A stretch of 63,909 nucleotides of DNA, the filler included, from Welwitschia mirabilis (taxonomy: Eukaryota): NCBI GenBank assembly GCA_051453625.1. It is 7 parts of one record of this genome, joined end to end, with 100 filler letters (N's around TTAATTAATTAA, not from the genome) between each part and the next. Parts side by side here need not be neighbours in the genome. Positions count along the whole stretch, not along the records: positions 1 to 14,063 come from JBOZIK010000001.1; 6 more parts are not named here. One strand, 5' to 3'. Made by a program: the position numbers and the translations under genes. Of the stretch, positions 1 through 11,965 are shown piece by piece. The notes below the pieces were generated by a model, which saw only the letters and a list, made by a program, of their open reading frames with translations, was not told where the DNA came from and did not search any database. Each line of letters starts with the position of its first letter. The first letter of the stretch is position 1.

Positions 1-147
1 CTCAGAAACTCTGAACTAGTAGGAATCTCTAACCCATATGCAGACAAACCAAAAACTGTATGATCCACTCTTCTACAGAGATTGTCTTTGGTCTTCTGAG
101 CCTGAAGAGCTATCCTTTTTACAGCAAGTAGTTCCTTTATCAAGTCT

Positions 148-1031
148 TCATTTCTCACCTGCCTTGAGCTGGTACCTTCCTTTGTTCTCTGTTTGTTCTT
201 TAGAGGAGGAGAGGGACCAATAACTTAAAGACAAAATATTTATTTCCTTTAATGAGTAAAGCCTAAGAGGCTTGGGCACCTTTACCATCTTTTCATCTTT
301 TTGTATTGCAAAATCATGGTTTTTCAAAATAGTTGTAACCAAGCCTCCGAAAGGTAGACTACTGTAATCAGCTGGAATAAACTGACTCATATAAAACATA
401 ATAAATTTACACAAATTGATATGAACTCCTGTACCAAGACAAAACAGAATATATCCACAAACAGGAGAAACTTCATATTTATGACCAAGCTTTGGCACAA
501 GATTACGAGTAGAAATCTCAAATAGTACTCTGTAAAACGAAGTCAATTTGTTTGTGGGAAGATTGCCATGCCAACGAAAGTTGGTCACACAAAGTTCTGT
601 AGTCAAAACTTCAATAGAAATTACTTCTTTCAAAGAACTGGCCGAAGTAATCTCTCTAAACATACTTTCATTTGGATAACTCTTAACTAAAGAGATGGAC
701 TTCATGTCCACATCAACTCTTCTACTGTACACTTTGGTAGTAATGACCTAGTTTGACAAGTGAAAATGGGCATGGCAGTAAAATAAGCGTACCATTTTTG
801 TAGATGCCTGGGTATCTGGGTCCAAAGCATACTACCAGCCTTGCTCTGCATATTTGTCAATAATTGGGACTTCTCTTCTGAAGGAATGGAAGTCTATTTG
901 TCTTTCAGGTGCAAAAGTCTCTTATTATAGCCAGCAAACCAAGCTTTTCGGTATTTAGGAGACAGGAACCATTCAGACTCCAATTCAGGCTTTTTCCCCT
1001 TCTTGGACACTTCAATCTTGCTTCTGACCAT
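148..1031 (-). pseudogene. Extra (env-like / plant-transposon-protein-like) ORF downstream of pol, frameshifted
   Basis: ATG at 1031 (MVRSKIEVSKKGKK...). After a frameshift it reads ERQIDF..GW..VRLFY, then ORF 148-732 with NLVPK..H, G..INL..FI and LPFGGLVT..L, motifs typical of accessory ORFs of plant LTR elements. Confidence 0.65.
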
Positions 1032-1164
1032 AATGACCAAATTCCAGATTCCAGAGAAAAGACAAGACAAGCAAGATAGTAGAGAATGGGAGAAAAAACA
1101 AAGTTTGGCTTTTTAAGATGAGAGAAAGCGCAGGCATCCCACTGGGTTGCGTCCGTGTTATTGA

Positions 1165-1320
1165 GAGAACGTCCGGGATTTTAAGGTCGGACGTCCAGGT
1201 TGTAACCCTTTTCTTTTTTTAAAAAACTGAAAAAGAGCAGATGTTCGAGATAGAAGATGGGACGTCTAGGTTACTACCAAGCTCGGGACGTCCTGATGTT
1301 AAGTCGAGACATCCGGGTGC
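1165..1320. repeat. Cluster of about 5 GGACGTCC palindromic motifs between pol and the extra ORF
   Basis: aacgtccggg, tcggacgtccagg, gggacgtctagg, cgggacgtcctg, gagacatccggg. Confidence 0.75.
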
Positions 1321-1437
1321 AAGACCAAGATGAATTTTAGTAAACACCCAAAAATGATGAAGTTCACAAGGCAATTATAATCACTTTAATGACAGATTTT
1401 TTAGGAAAGCGCATCTGGAACACCAACAACTGATTTA

Positions 1438-4400
1438 CTAGGAAAGAGGGCAAGGCCCTATACCCAAATTTCTTCTAAGGTAAGTAAATATATCTTCAGA
1501 TAAGCTTTTAGTCATTATGTCAGCGATTTGATGATAGGTTGATGCATGTTCTTGTTCAATTATTTTATTTTGCACTTACTCTTTGATGAAATGATGTCTA
1601 ATATCAATGTGTTTGGTTCTTAAGTGTTGGACTGGATTTTTGGTGATGTTTATCGCGCTTGTATTGTCACAAAACAATTTTATTAAATCTGATTTTACAC
1701 CAAAATCTGAGAGCATTTGTTTCATCCACAAAAGTTGAGCACAACAGGCTCTTACAGCAATATACTCGGCTTCTGCAGTCGATAGAGATGTAGAGTTTTG
1801 TTTTCTACTGAGCCAAAATACTAAACAATTTCCCATATAAAAACATGCCCCACTAGTACTTTTGCGATCATCGACACAACCTGCCCAATAAACATCACTA
1901 TACCCAACTAATTCTATAGAGGTGTCGAAAGGATACCAAAGACCATATTGTTGGGTTGATTTTAGGTATCTTAGAATGATGTTAGTAGAGAGCGGGGTTT
2001 TAGTATCTTTGACATTGTTCATCTCATATCTCTCTAACATCTCTTGAATCTATTTCGTTTGGCTTATAAAGGTTCCATCTTTTAGCTGTTTGACTTGGAG
2101 CCCGAGAAAGAACTTTAACTTACCCATGAGACTCATTTCAAATTCATTTTTCATGAGTTTTTTGATTGCAAGACTATCATTAGTCGCTCCAAACACAATG
2201 TCGTCTACATAAATTTGAACTAGAAGCATATCATTTTCTTCCCTTCTGATGAACAACGTTGGATCAGCACTTCTTTTGAAAATCCATTGGTTACTAAGAA
2301 GGAGGTTAATCACTCAAACCACACTCGAGGTACTTATTTAAGACCATAGAATGCCTTGTTGAGTTTATACACATGATTTGGATATTTTGAATCAACAAAT
2401 CTCAGTGGTTGAGCCACATAGACTTCTTCTGTGATGTAACCATTTAAGAAGGCGGTTTTAACATCCATTTGATATAGTCTTATTTTGTGATAGCAGGCAA
2501 AAGCCAGTAGCATTCTAATGGCTTCAAGTCTGGCTACTAGAGCAAAGGTTTCCCCATAATCTATTCTTTCTTACTAACTATATCCTTGGGTTACTAGTCT
2601 TGCTTTATTTTGAATAACATTGTGGTTTTCATCCTTCTTATTCTTAGAAATCCNNNNNNNNNNNNNNNNNNNNNNNNNNNNNNNNNNNNNNNNNNNNNNN
2701 NNNNNNNNNNNNNNNNNNNNNNNNNNNNNNNNNNNNNNNNNNNNNNNNNNNNNTTTCATCCTTTTTGTTCTTAAAAATCCATTTCATTCCAATTATGTGT
2801 TTACCCTTTGGATGAGGCACGAGATCCCAAACTTGATTTCATTCAAATTGATTTAATTCATGTTGCATGGCCAACATCCATGATTTATCTTGCTCGGCTT
2901 CTTGAAAGGTTTTAGGTTCTAAGGTAGAGAGAAAACATAGAAAGCTGTTACTTATGGCCTTCCCACCTCTTCTTGTTGTTCCTTGATCAAGATTACTTAT
3001 GACATCTTCTTGAGGATGATCTCTTTTGGTTCTCAAGGTTAGGCTGGAATGTTTTTGAACTTGCTCCTTTTCATTCGTGAAAGAATCATTGTTAATTTTA
3101 GAAGAGGTAGGTTCAACAAGAATATTATCTTCACTATCATCAGATGTTGGTTTAATGTTAGAGTCATCATCAATCTTGGCATGAACAGTTTCTTCAACTC
3201 TACATGATGCTTTGTTGTAAACCCTGTAAACTTTGCTTGTCATAGAATATCCTAGAAATATTCCTTCATCAACTTTAGATTCAAATTTTCCCCTTTCTGT
3301 TTTGTCCTTAAGAATTAGACATTTGCTTCCGAACACCTTGAAATAACTTACATTAGGTTTCTTTCCATTCCACAACTTATAAGGCGTTTTATCTATGGTT
3401 GGTCATAGAAAAACTCTATTGCTAATGTAAAAAGCAGTATTGACAGCTTCTACCCAAAAATGCTGAGGAAGCACTTTGTCATTTAACATGGTCCTTGTCA
3501 TTTCAATTAGAACTCTGTTCTTTTTTTCAGCCACCCCATTTTGTTGAGGGGTTCTTGGAGCTGAGAGTTGATGAGATATGTCATGTGAGTCACAAAAACT
3601 TTCGAATTTTTCATTAACAAACTTACCTCCTCTATCTGACTGAATGGTCTTAATAATATACCCTTTCTCATTCTGAATTCTTTTACATACTTTAACAAAT
3701 GCATCAAAAGCTTTGGCCTTACTGAATAAGAAAGAGACCCAACAGAAACAGGAGAAATTATCAACCATAACTAAAAAGTATCTTTTGCCTTCTATACTCT
3801 TAGTTTGAATAGGTCCAACTAAATCCATGTGAATCAGATCTAGGGGTCTCATGGAGGTTGTGAGGGTTTTGCTTTTGAAGTGAGTTTTGGTTATCTTTTC
3901 TTTGACACATGACTCAAACATCCTTGTTTGATCCACGTTGAGTTTAGGAACTCCTTTCACAATTTCTTTTGAAGAGATCTTGGTTAAATCTTTGAGATTA
4001 ATATGACCCAATCTCTTATGTTAGAGGTTGATATTATCATTTTTGGCAAAATAACAATCCTTACTTGATTTGATGTTGTTCTCTTCGATTACATACATAC
4101 ATCTAGATTTACTGCTTGTGAGCACAACTTTGTTAGTGATAGCATTACATATAATACACTTGTCTTGATGAAATGACACAATATTGCCTCTATCACATAT
4201 TTGAGATATACTTGGAAGATTGTGTTTTAGGCCATTGACTAGATACACATCATGAATAGTTGGATGATCATCATTAGCATTCACAGTACCCTTTCCAACC
4301 ATGAACCCCTTACTGTTGTCACCAAATGTCACTTCCCCACAGTTGTACTCTTGAAAAGATGAAAGCAGGTTTTTATCTCTTGTCATGTGCCTAGAACACC

Positions 4401-6072
4401 CACTATCTAAATACCACCTAGTTCGTTCTTGGGCTTTAAAAGTAGCATGCGCAAAGAGAGAGGGTAACTTCTTTCTAACCCATTGAGGTTTGACTTGTCG
4501 ATGTTGAAGTGGTTAAGGAGTTTTTCTAACAAATATGAAGCCATAGTTTAAATTAAAATAAAGTGATTTCTTATATGGATAAGCAAATTGAACGTGACTA
4601 TGTTTGTTGCAAAAATAACACTTGAGGCTATCTTTGGCAAAGTTTTCATATTTCGTGTTAGGCCCAAAGTTTTGTAAGACCGGAGAGCTAGTTGTGTTAC
4701 AACCAAGTCCTGACTTGTCCCAAGGATTGCGACCTAAACCCAACAGGTTGTTCAGATTGTCATTTCCTCTAGTTAAACGAGTTGTGATCACTTTAGCATC
4801 TTGAAGTTCAAGGGTTAAGGATTTAATTTTTGAATTTGCCTCTTTTAATTTATATTCTAAACTATCAATCATTTTTCTAAAAGAAGCATTTGCTAAACGA
4901 ATACAACTTTTCATAAACGTCCAGAATCTCATCAACATCTAGATCGCCGTAAGCAAGAGAAACATTTTCAGAAAATTCGTGTTTAAAACTAGAAGCATTA
5001 TCAATATTCAAATGACTAGAAGAGTGGATGTGCTTACCTCGTCTGCTACAGTAAGAAGTCTGAAATTCACCATGTCATCCTCATCGGTGGAGTCCATTCG
5101 TTCATCTTCTAATTCGTCCCATGTAGCTTGGAATCCTTTCTTCCCCTTGCCTCTTTTGTCCTTTTTGTTGTTTGCACAATTTGCAGCTACATGACCAAAG
5201 CCTTTGCATTCATAACATTGAATCGATTAAGAAGATTTCTTACCTTTGTCCATTTCACCTTTCATTGGTTGTTTGGAGAATTCGAATCCTTTTTTTTGTG
5301 TAAGAACTATTCGAAATTTCTGGTAAGGATAGCTAGATCTTCATCCAAGTTGTCTTTACTATCAATTGAATCCTCATTTGCTTTTAGTGCAATGCTTTTT
5401 CATTTTGGTGTTTCTTCATCTGGAAGAATAGTTGCTTCGTAGGCTATCAAGGATCCTTTCAATTCTTCCACCTTCATCCTATTTATATCCTTGCTTTCTT
5501 CAATGGCTGTCACTTTAGGTCTGAACTTCAGAGTAAGGCTTCTTAGAATCTTCCTAACCACTCGATTCTCAAGAATTCCTTCACCCAAGCCCCACATGTT
5601 ATTGACTATATTACTGATCTTTGTTGTGAATTCTGCCACTGACTCCAATTCTTTCATCCTGATATTCTCAAATTTGGTTGCAAGAAGTTGAAGCTTTGAA
5701 TTCTTTACAATGTTCATACCTTCATNNNNNNNNNNNNNNNNNNNNNNNNNNNNNNNNNNNNNNNNNNNNNNNNNNNNNNNNNNNNNNNNNNNNNNNNNNN
5801 NNNNNNNNNNNNNNNNNNNNNNNNNNNNNNNNNNNNNNNNNNNNNNNNNNNNNNNNNNNNNNNNNNNNNNNNNNNNNNNNNNNNNNNNNNNNNNNNNNNN
5901 NNNNNNNNNNNNNNNNNNNNNNNNNNNNNNNNNNNNNNNNNNNNNNNNNNNNNNNNNNNNNNNNNNNNNNNNNNNNNNNNNNNNNNNNNNNNNNNNNNNN
6001 NNNNNNNNNNNNNNNNNNNNNNNAGGGTGGTCTAGATACTGCATGACCTTCTGAATGACTTGAGGATGCCAT
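1438..6072 (-). pseudogene. Copia gag-pol polyprotein, disrupted by stops, frameshifts and an internal deletion
   Basis: ORF fragments 5400-6044 (gag), 4021-4386 (protease), 3403-4011 and 2839-3375 (integrase), 2050-2313 (RT), 1576-2040 (RNase H). Stop TAG at 1438-1440. Confidence 0.92.
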
Positions 6073-6120
6073 GAAAATACCTAAAAAAGAACACACAAAT
6101 ATACTAATCTAGAGCAACCA

Positions 6121-6133
6121 GGCTCTGAGACCA
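6121..6133 (-). promoter_or_regulatory. Primer binding site (tRNA-iMet type)
   Basis: Reverse complement TGGTCTCAGAGCC, one mismatch from TGGTATCAGAGC, 2 nt from the LTR-terminal CA. Confidence 0.85.
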
Positions 6134-6135
6134 AT

Positions 6136-7159
6136 TGTTAGGATCGACAGGCACCCTGGGGGGGTGAATAGCGTAATTTAAAACTATTGCATATTAACAA
6201 CAAATTCAGATCTGCACATCAATAGAAATAAAATAAAGTAGCACAAAAGAAAGCAAATAACAAGTGCACCAGATTTATAGTGGTTCGACAATCCTTGTCT
6301 GCTCCTCTCACACGGGGTACCAACGTGCTTCCAACCTCTTAGTTCCCTTAAAAACACCCAACAACATGGGCACAATACAACACCCTTCTCCAAGGGTTAC
6401 AATCAATCCCTTCTTACGGGATGCACAAGCTCACTCCAGTGAGCCACTAGAAACTATAGATAGTAAGAGATCTGATGATATGAGTGCATTTAGCACAGTA
6501 CATCAGCAAATGATAGCAATATCTTTAATTACAAATGATATCTTGGTGAGGTATAGATTGCACATGAATCTTAGAGTTTAGTACATACAATCATGGAGCA
6601 TTAGTCATTACAAGATGAGGATCTAGCTTTTTATAGCCTAAGGGTTACAAGATAGTTGTTGGAGCTTCAAGTTTGAAGCCCTAGCCATTGATTACACAAC
6701 CCTAGTTGTTTGCAATTTGAAAAGCGTCACTTCGGCGGCTACAACTGTTATATTCCGCTTCAACGTTTACTGAGCCAGACATCCCTTATTTTTGGATCGG
6801 ACGTCCCGTTTGTAATGTCAGATTCCTGTCAAAACTGAGAAGGAGCCTAAATGTCCCATTTCAAAGCTCGGATGTCCCTATATATTTGGACCAAATACAG
6901 AGTTGGACATCCGATAATATTGGACGTCCCCCTACTTGATTCCCATGTATAGGGTCAGATGTCCCAGTGATAGAGCTTGGACGTCCCCATACATTTTCCC
7001 ATGTACAAGGTCGGACGTCCTACTAATACTTCTCGGATGTCTCTATACATTTTACTACATACAGGGTCGGATGTCCCATATAACAAGTCGGACGTCCCGA
7101 ATGGCACATCTTCTGATTTCCAAGATTTTGGTGAAGCCAATGCCCAGACTTAGACATCA
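6136..7159 (-). repeat. 5' LTR of the Sirevirus-like element, with TATA box (~6628-6635) and about 11 GGACGTCC-derived palindromes (6775-7100)
   Basis: On -: TGATGTC...CTAACA ends, CTATAAAAAG, and a C-rich terminal motif. The 7159 boundary is inferred from the TG and the change in sequence character. Confidence 0.7.
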
Positions 7160-10100
7160 TTGAAACCTTGGATGCTTCCACAGATTCTTCCACATGGCAA
7201 ATGGATGGCAAGTCCCTGATGGTACTTAAGAGGATCCCTACACCAAAACAATGGTTACCTCATTGGGCATCTGGCTGGTACTTACCTTGTTGTGTAATCT
7301 CATGGGCAGGCTTGCTTGATCTTGGTACTCCCTAAGGATTTGATGCAACCTTAGGGCTCTTCTGGAGTCGAGTGTGAACTAAATGGTCATGCCCTTATTG
7401 AAGGAAACTCGGCAGGGCTTTGAGGNNNNNNNNNNGGGGGGAAAGTTGGAGTCGGCAGGGAACTGAGATGAGAGGCCAAAAGGTGGAGGGAGAGGTCTAA
7501 GGAATTCCATGCCCTAGAATTGGCCTGGATTCCCCGCCATGGTATGGGTACAAAAGGTAGGGAGGAAAGGTGAAGCAGGGAAGGAAACGGGGAGAGAGAG
7601 AGAGAGAAAAGAGGGGATAAGGAAAAGGGAAAGGAGGGAAGAGAGGGAGAAGAACGATAAAAAGGGAGAGGTCCTCATAAGATAGATGAGGAGACTTCTA
7701 GGGTTTTGAGGTTCCAAACTAGCCTGGCATCTAATGTTGGAAAGCCACGCTAAACGCCTAAGCTATCTAAAGCCATTATCAGATTCTTCTTCCCTATGAG
7801 GTCGTTAAGATTGGGAGCTATGTGATTGGAGTTGAGGAAGGGGACGTGGAGCAGGAACACCATGCCTAAGGCATAGCATTGGGAAGTCAAGGGAAAATGA
7901 GGAGGGAAGGAGAATGGGATGAAAAAGGGTTAAAGGGAAAGATAAAGGGGGAGGAGTGATGGAGAAGGGGAGAAAATGGGGTTGAGAAGCGATCCTTGAT
8001 AGAGGAGGGGGCTAGAAGATGCCTTCTTACAGGATAAGGAAGTTAGAGACTCAAACTAAAACCAGAGCATAGAATTGAAGAACATGAAACTATCATTGAA
8101 TTTTGAATCTGATCCTTGGAGCTGAGTTGGAGACCAGAATTGAACAAGAGAGGAGGGCTAGAAAGCTAGGCTGAATTCCACACGTAGAGTGTGGAACCTA
8201 ACTTGATTGGGCATGGAATCTGAATGATCTGGGAAAAGGGGAGACTAGGTGAAAGAAAAGGCTGAGCAAGGTTGGGAAAGGGGCCTTCAGTATCTAGGGG
8301 TCAAGTTGGTATCCAACAGTGATCTCTCCCAATAAATCAGTGATCTTGAAGTAGTCTATTCTTTCTGGATAAGAAGAGGAAGGAAAAGGATCTGGCAAAG
8401 CTTGATATCTAGCATTTGAAGATTATTCTGACAATTGTCTCTAGCATGGTTGATCGTTTGATAATATGGGCAAGGAAACCAAATTTAAATCTTCTTTCAA
8501 TAACTATCCCTGAGGCTACCTAGAGTCATGAGTGAAATTGGGAATCCACTGTCCTGTAGGTTTCTTTTCCTTTCCTTGGGCCTTGCCTTGCTGAGAGATC
8601 TGTAACTATTCTATAACTTGAGTAAGCTTTCTCAACGTCTACCCTAGAGCTTCAGTCTCACTTCGACTCTTAGAACTAGACTAGGCCTCTGCCAAATTAG
8701 ATGGATGACTTTGGGGTATAGCGATAAGGTTTAGTGGTGGATGAGGTTGGGAAGAACCTAAGAAGAGGCTTGAGAACCAAATGGGGGGACAAGAGGCAAT
8801 AAGAATAAAGGTGTAGAAGACGTGGAGGAAGCTGGAAGCTAGAGAAGTTGTGGAGAGTGAGAACTAGCAAGATTGAAGGTATTAGTGACAAGAAGAGGCC
8901 TGATATTACGAGGCAAGGGAATAACAGGGTTTAGATGAACGAGGTTAGGAGGGCCATAAGTGTTGTTTTACATCGGTCTCTGTAGGCAAATTGTCTCATT
9001 CATAAGATTTTGGAGGCTATTAAGATTGGGCCTGTCCTCTAGGAGGAAACAATCCCATCCAAGGATGACTTACACACAACTATAACCTGGAAAGTGGATG
9101 GCTTATACTAGGGAGGAAGACAAGTATAGGTGATCTAAAAATAGTTGTCAAATGCTCTAACTATCTCTATATGCTCATTCTGTATGGTGGCAAAATATTG
9201 GTACAACATCTCTAGATCTGTCTACCCTTAAAATTGCGGGAAGTCATAGGCATCAAAGCTGGGCTTCTTCCTAGGGTAGAGGAGAAATAGTTTGCCAACA
9301 AATGGGCCTAAGAAATGGAGGCCTTTGATAGAGGTGGTAATATGATCTACAGGGACAGAGGAGGAATGGGGACTCCAAGCTTGGAGAAACTTATCATGCT
9401 CAGTGGGAAAGGCATTATAAGCTTGAAAACTAAGGAGATTCTTGTCAATGTATGAGGGAAGCGAGTTGGTCATGCATACAAACTAGGTAACAAGGTAAGT
9501 AGGAGTAATCGTAGGAGTCATAGAAGGTATAGGGGAGGTAGGAGCAAATGTCTACTGCCATAGGAAATTGTGGTGGGCCAAGGAACGAAGTCTCAACTGA
9601 AGAGTCTTTAAAAGAGGATGAGCTCTTAAAGGACAAGAAAGACTGAAGAGACTTTTTGGTTCTTTGCTTCTTCTATTTGCTAGGTCCTAAGACATGTGTC
9701 ATAGTGACAAGCTAGCACAACAAACACTCTTCGGCCCTCCTCCTAGGGATAAAGTAGATGTGTTGATATAAATTCCTTTTCCTTGGCTTGAAAAGGACAA
9801 TACCGACCACTTTCTAGCGTGAGGTAGCTTAGACATATTTGAAAGGGTGGCTGGAAATTAAGTACCCAAAGATTAAGCACTTGAGCTACATAATAACCAT
9901 GGCATAGTGTACAGCCTAGGGCAAAGCCTAGCATATAACCTCACAAGACAAAGGACTTAACCAAAAAGAAGAAAAAGGGGGAAATGGTAAGAAAGGAAGG
10001 ACTTCCAAGGAAAGGAGACATCCTCCAAATTGTTCTGGGGTATCCACAATAAGGAAGGCAAAGTAGGTTGTAGGAATGGGAATAGAGTGTTCAAATGGAT

Positions 10101-11090
10101 CTCCTCCCAAGGCTAGGGAAGAGGTCAAGGTTCTCTAGAACAGGGAAGAAGGGTACACTTTCAGGGTAGTCTTCCTTTGTCGCACATGAGGGAAAGCGGA
10201 GTTCTCTCAAGGAACGAAGGTTGCCTTAAGTGAGTTCCTCCTTATTACTATCTTTGATCTCTCTATGAATTAAGTGCTAGAGTATGAGAAAAAATAGCAT
10301 TTTATTGCATTCAGAAAACACTTCAACTATAAAATAATTCTCTCTTTCTTAAAAGAAGGGAAGGAAAGAGTATAGATAAGTTCCTTCCTTTAGAGAGAAG
10401 GACAACTTAAAGAGAAAACACAAAGAAAGGGAAATACTTCTTTAGTAACTTAGGGAAAACTTGTAGATGATTCTGAAAAGAAGGGAACTTGAGAGGGGAG
10501 AGTTCTTAGTACATCCTCATTTAGAGTTCTTCGTGAAGAAGATATACCTCTAGCTAACTTAAGTGAAGAAGAGTGTGGTTAATAGAGACCAAGGCTACTA
10601 ATTAAAGGGGAGCCTCTAGCTAAAGAGTAACATTACTAGACCAAAAAGCAATTGGGTGATGATGGGAAATAGGAATGGATTGATGAACAAAGAGAAGGTT
10701 CCATAGATGTAAAGAAGTAGAAGTGGAAAGGGAAGGGAGTGTAATGATGAAGGCTTAAATTGTCTTCCAGCTAGTTGTGGGCCAATCATGATGGAACTCC
10801 TTGAGAATGGTAGCACAGCATTGAGACATCTAGTTGTTCTCTGTCGGAACTTGAAATGGAAAACCTTGAGGAAGGCAATTCTATTTGAATGGTATCTTAC
10901 AAAGGTGTCTCATTTGTTCATAGACAAAGGCAAATCAAAAGAAAGGAAAGTGGGGAGTAGCTTCACCATACAGTGAGCCAACCTTTCTTCAAAGTAGATG
11001 AAACATGATTTTGGATTGTTGAAGCTTGGGTCAAAATGATTGATTGAGTGAATGATGGCTACAATCAAGAAAAGTTGATTTTTGCCATAG
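7160..11090 (-). mobile_element. Highly decayed Ty3/gypsy (probably Tat-like) relic
   Basis: The reverse complement of 7240-7395 aligns by eye to 19680-19835 of the gypsy relic at 16660-20340. It shares the CCATGCCTAAGGCATGG palindrome and purine-rich tracts. Faint integrase-like remnants near 10600-10830. Boundaries approximate. Confidence 0.45.
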
Positions 11091-11130
11091 TTGTATGGAT
11101 CAGAGCAGATCATGGAGCATCTTTTTGGTC

Positions 11131-11965
11131 TAAAGATTTTGGATCGCTTCAGATCGTTTTAAACATTGCGATGGATCATGAAGAATTAAAAACATATAAA
11201 ATAGGAGAACTTCTAATTTTATTTCAAAATTTTTGTACTTGTTATCATAATATATTACGAAATAAGCATTTCTAGCATATCATATCACCATGCATTTTAA
11301 ATGAGAACATATAAGAAATGAAGCATCATATTACTTTAAACTACTCATAAATACAGAACTACTAAGTAGTGAAGGTTCCAAAGTTGCAAATTACAAACAA
11401 CAAAAGTACAATGCAGTGTTTCATGATTTTCATCAAAGTACATGATTAATGTCTTATGCAAAAACACAAAAGGTGCAATAGTGGAGATTAGTGAAATATT
11501 CTATGATGATGAGGATCCTTTCCCTTGTGGTCAAAGCTTGGCCTTTTGTCCAAAGATTCTGGATCACTCTGGATCGTTTTAAAGATTGCCATGGATCATG
11601 AAGATTAAAAAACATATAAAATAGGTGAACTTCTAATTTTATTTCAAAATTTTTGTACTTGTTATCGTAATAGATTACAAAATAAACATTTCTAGCATAT
11701 CATATCACGATACATTTTAAATGAGAACTTATAAGAAATGGAGCATATATTACTCTAAACTATTTGTAAACACATAAGTACTAAGTAGTGGAGGTACAAA
11801 AGTTGCAAATTACAAACAACAAAGTACAATGTAGTGTTTCATGATTTTCATTAAAGTACATGATTAATGTTTGATGCAAAAATACAAAAGGTGCCGTAGT
11901 GGAGATTAGTGAAATATTCTATGATGATGAGGATCCTTTCGCTAGTGGTCAAAGCTGGCCTTTTG
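11131..11965. repeat. Diverged tandem duplication, ~420 bp unit x2, at the 3' end of the hAT relic
   Basis: Units start aaagattttggatcg (11132) and aaagattctggatca (11552). Both end ...gatgatgaggatcctttc...tggtcaaagct..gcctttt. Confidence 0.9.

Larger units (their letters stand above)
1..7159 (-). mobile_element. Sirevirus(SIRE/Maximus)-like Ty1/copia LTR retrotransposon, decayed; 3' end runs off the window start
   Basis: Order on the - strand: ~1 kb LTR, Met-i PBS, gag (MASSSHSEGHAVSRPP), protease (WYLDSGCSRHMT), integrase (LIHMDLVGP, TPQQNGVAE), RT (QIYVDDIVFG), RNase H (KHIDIRHHFI, QIADIMTK), then an extra ORF. The LTR ends with TATTCACCCCCC...AACA. Confidence 0.85.

Noticed and set aside
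6775..7100. Regularly spaced palindromic repeats, superficially CRISPR-like
   Set aside because: 8-bp degenerate core, irregular spacing, inside a plant LTR, no cas genes
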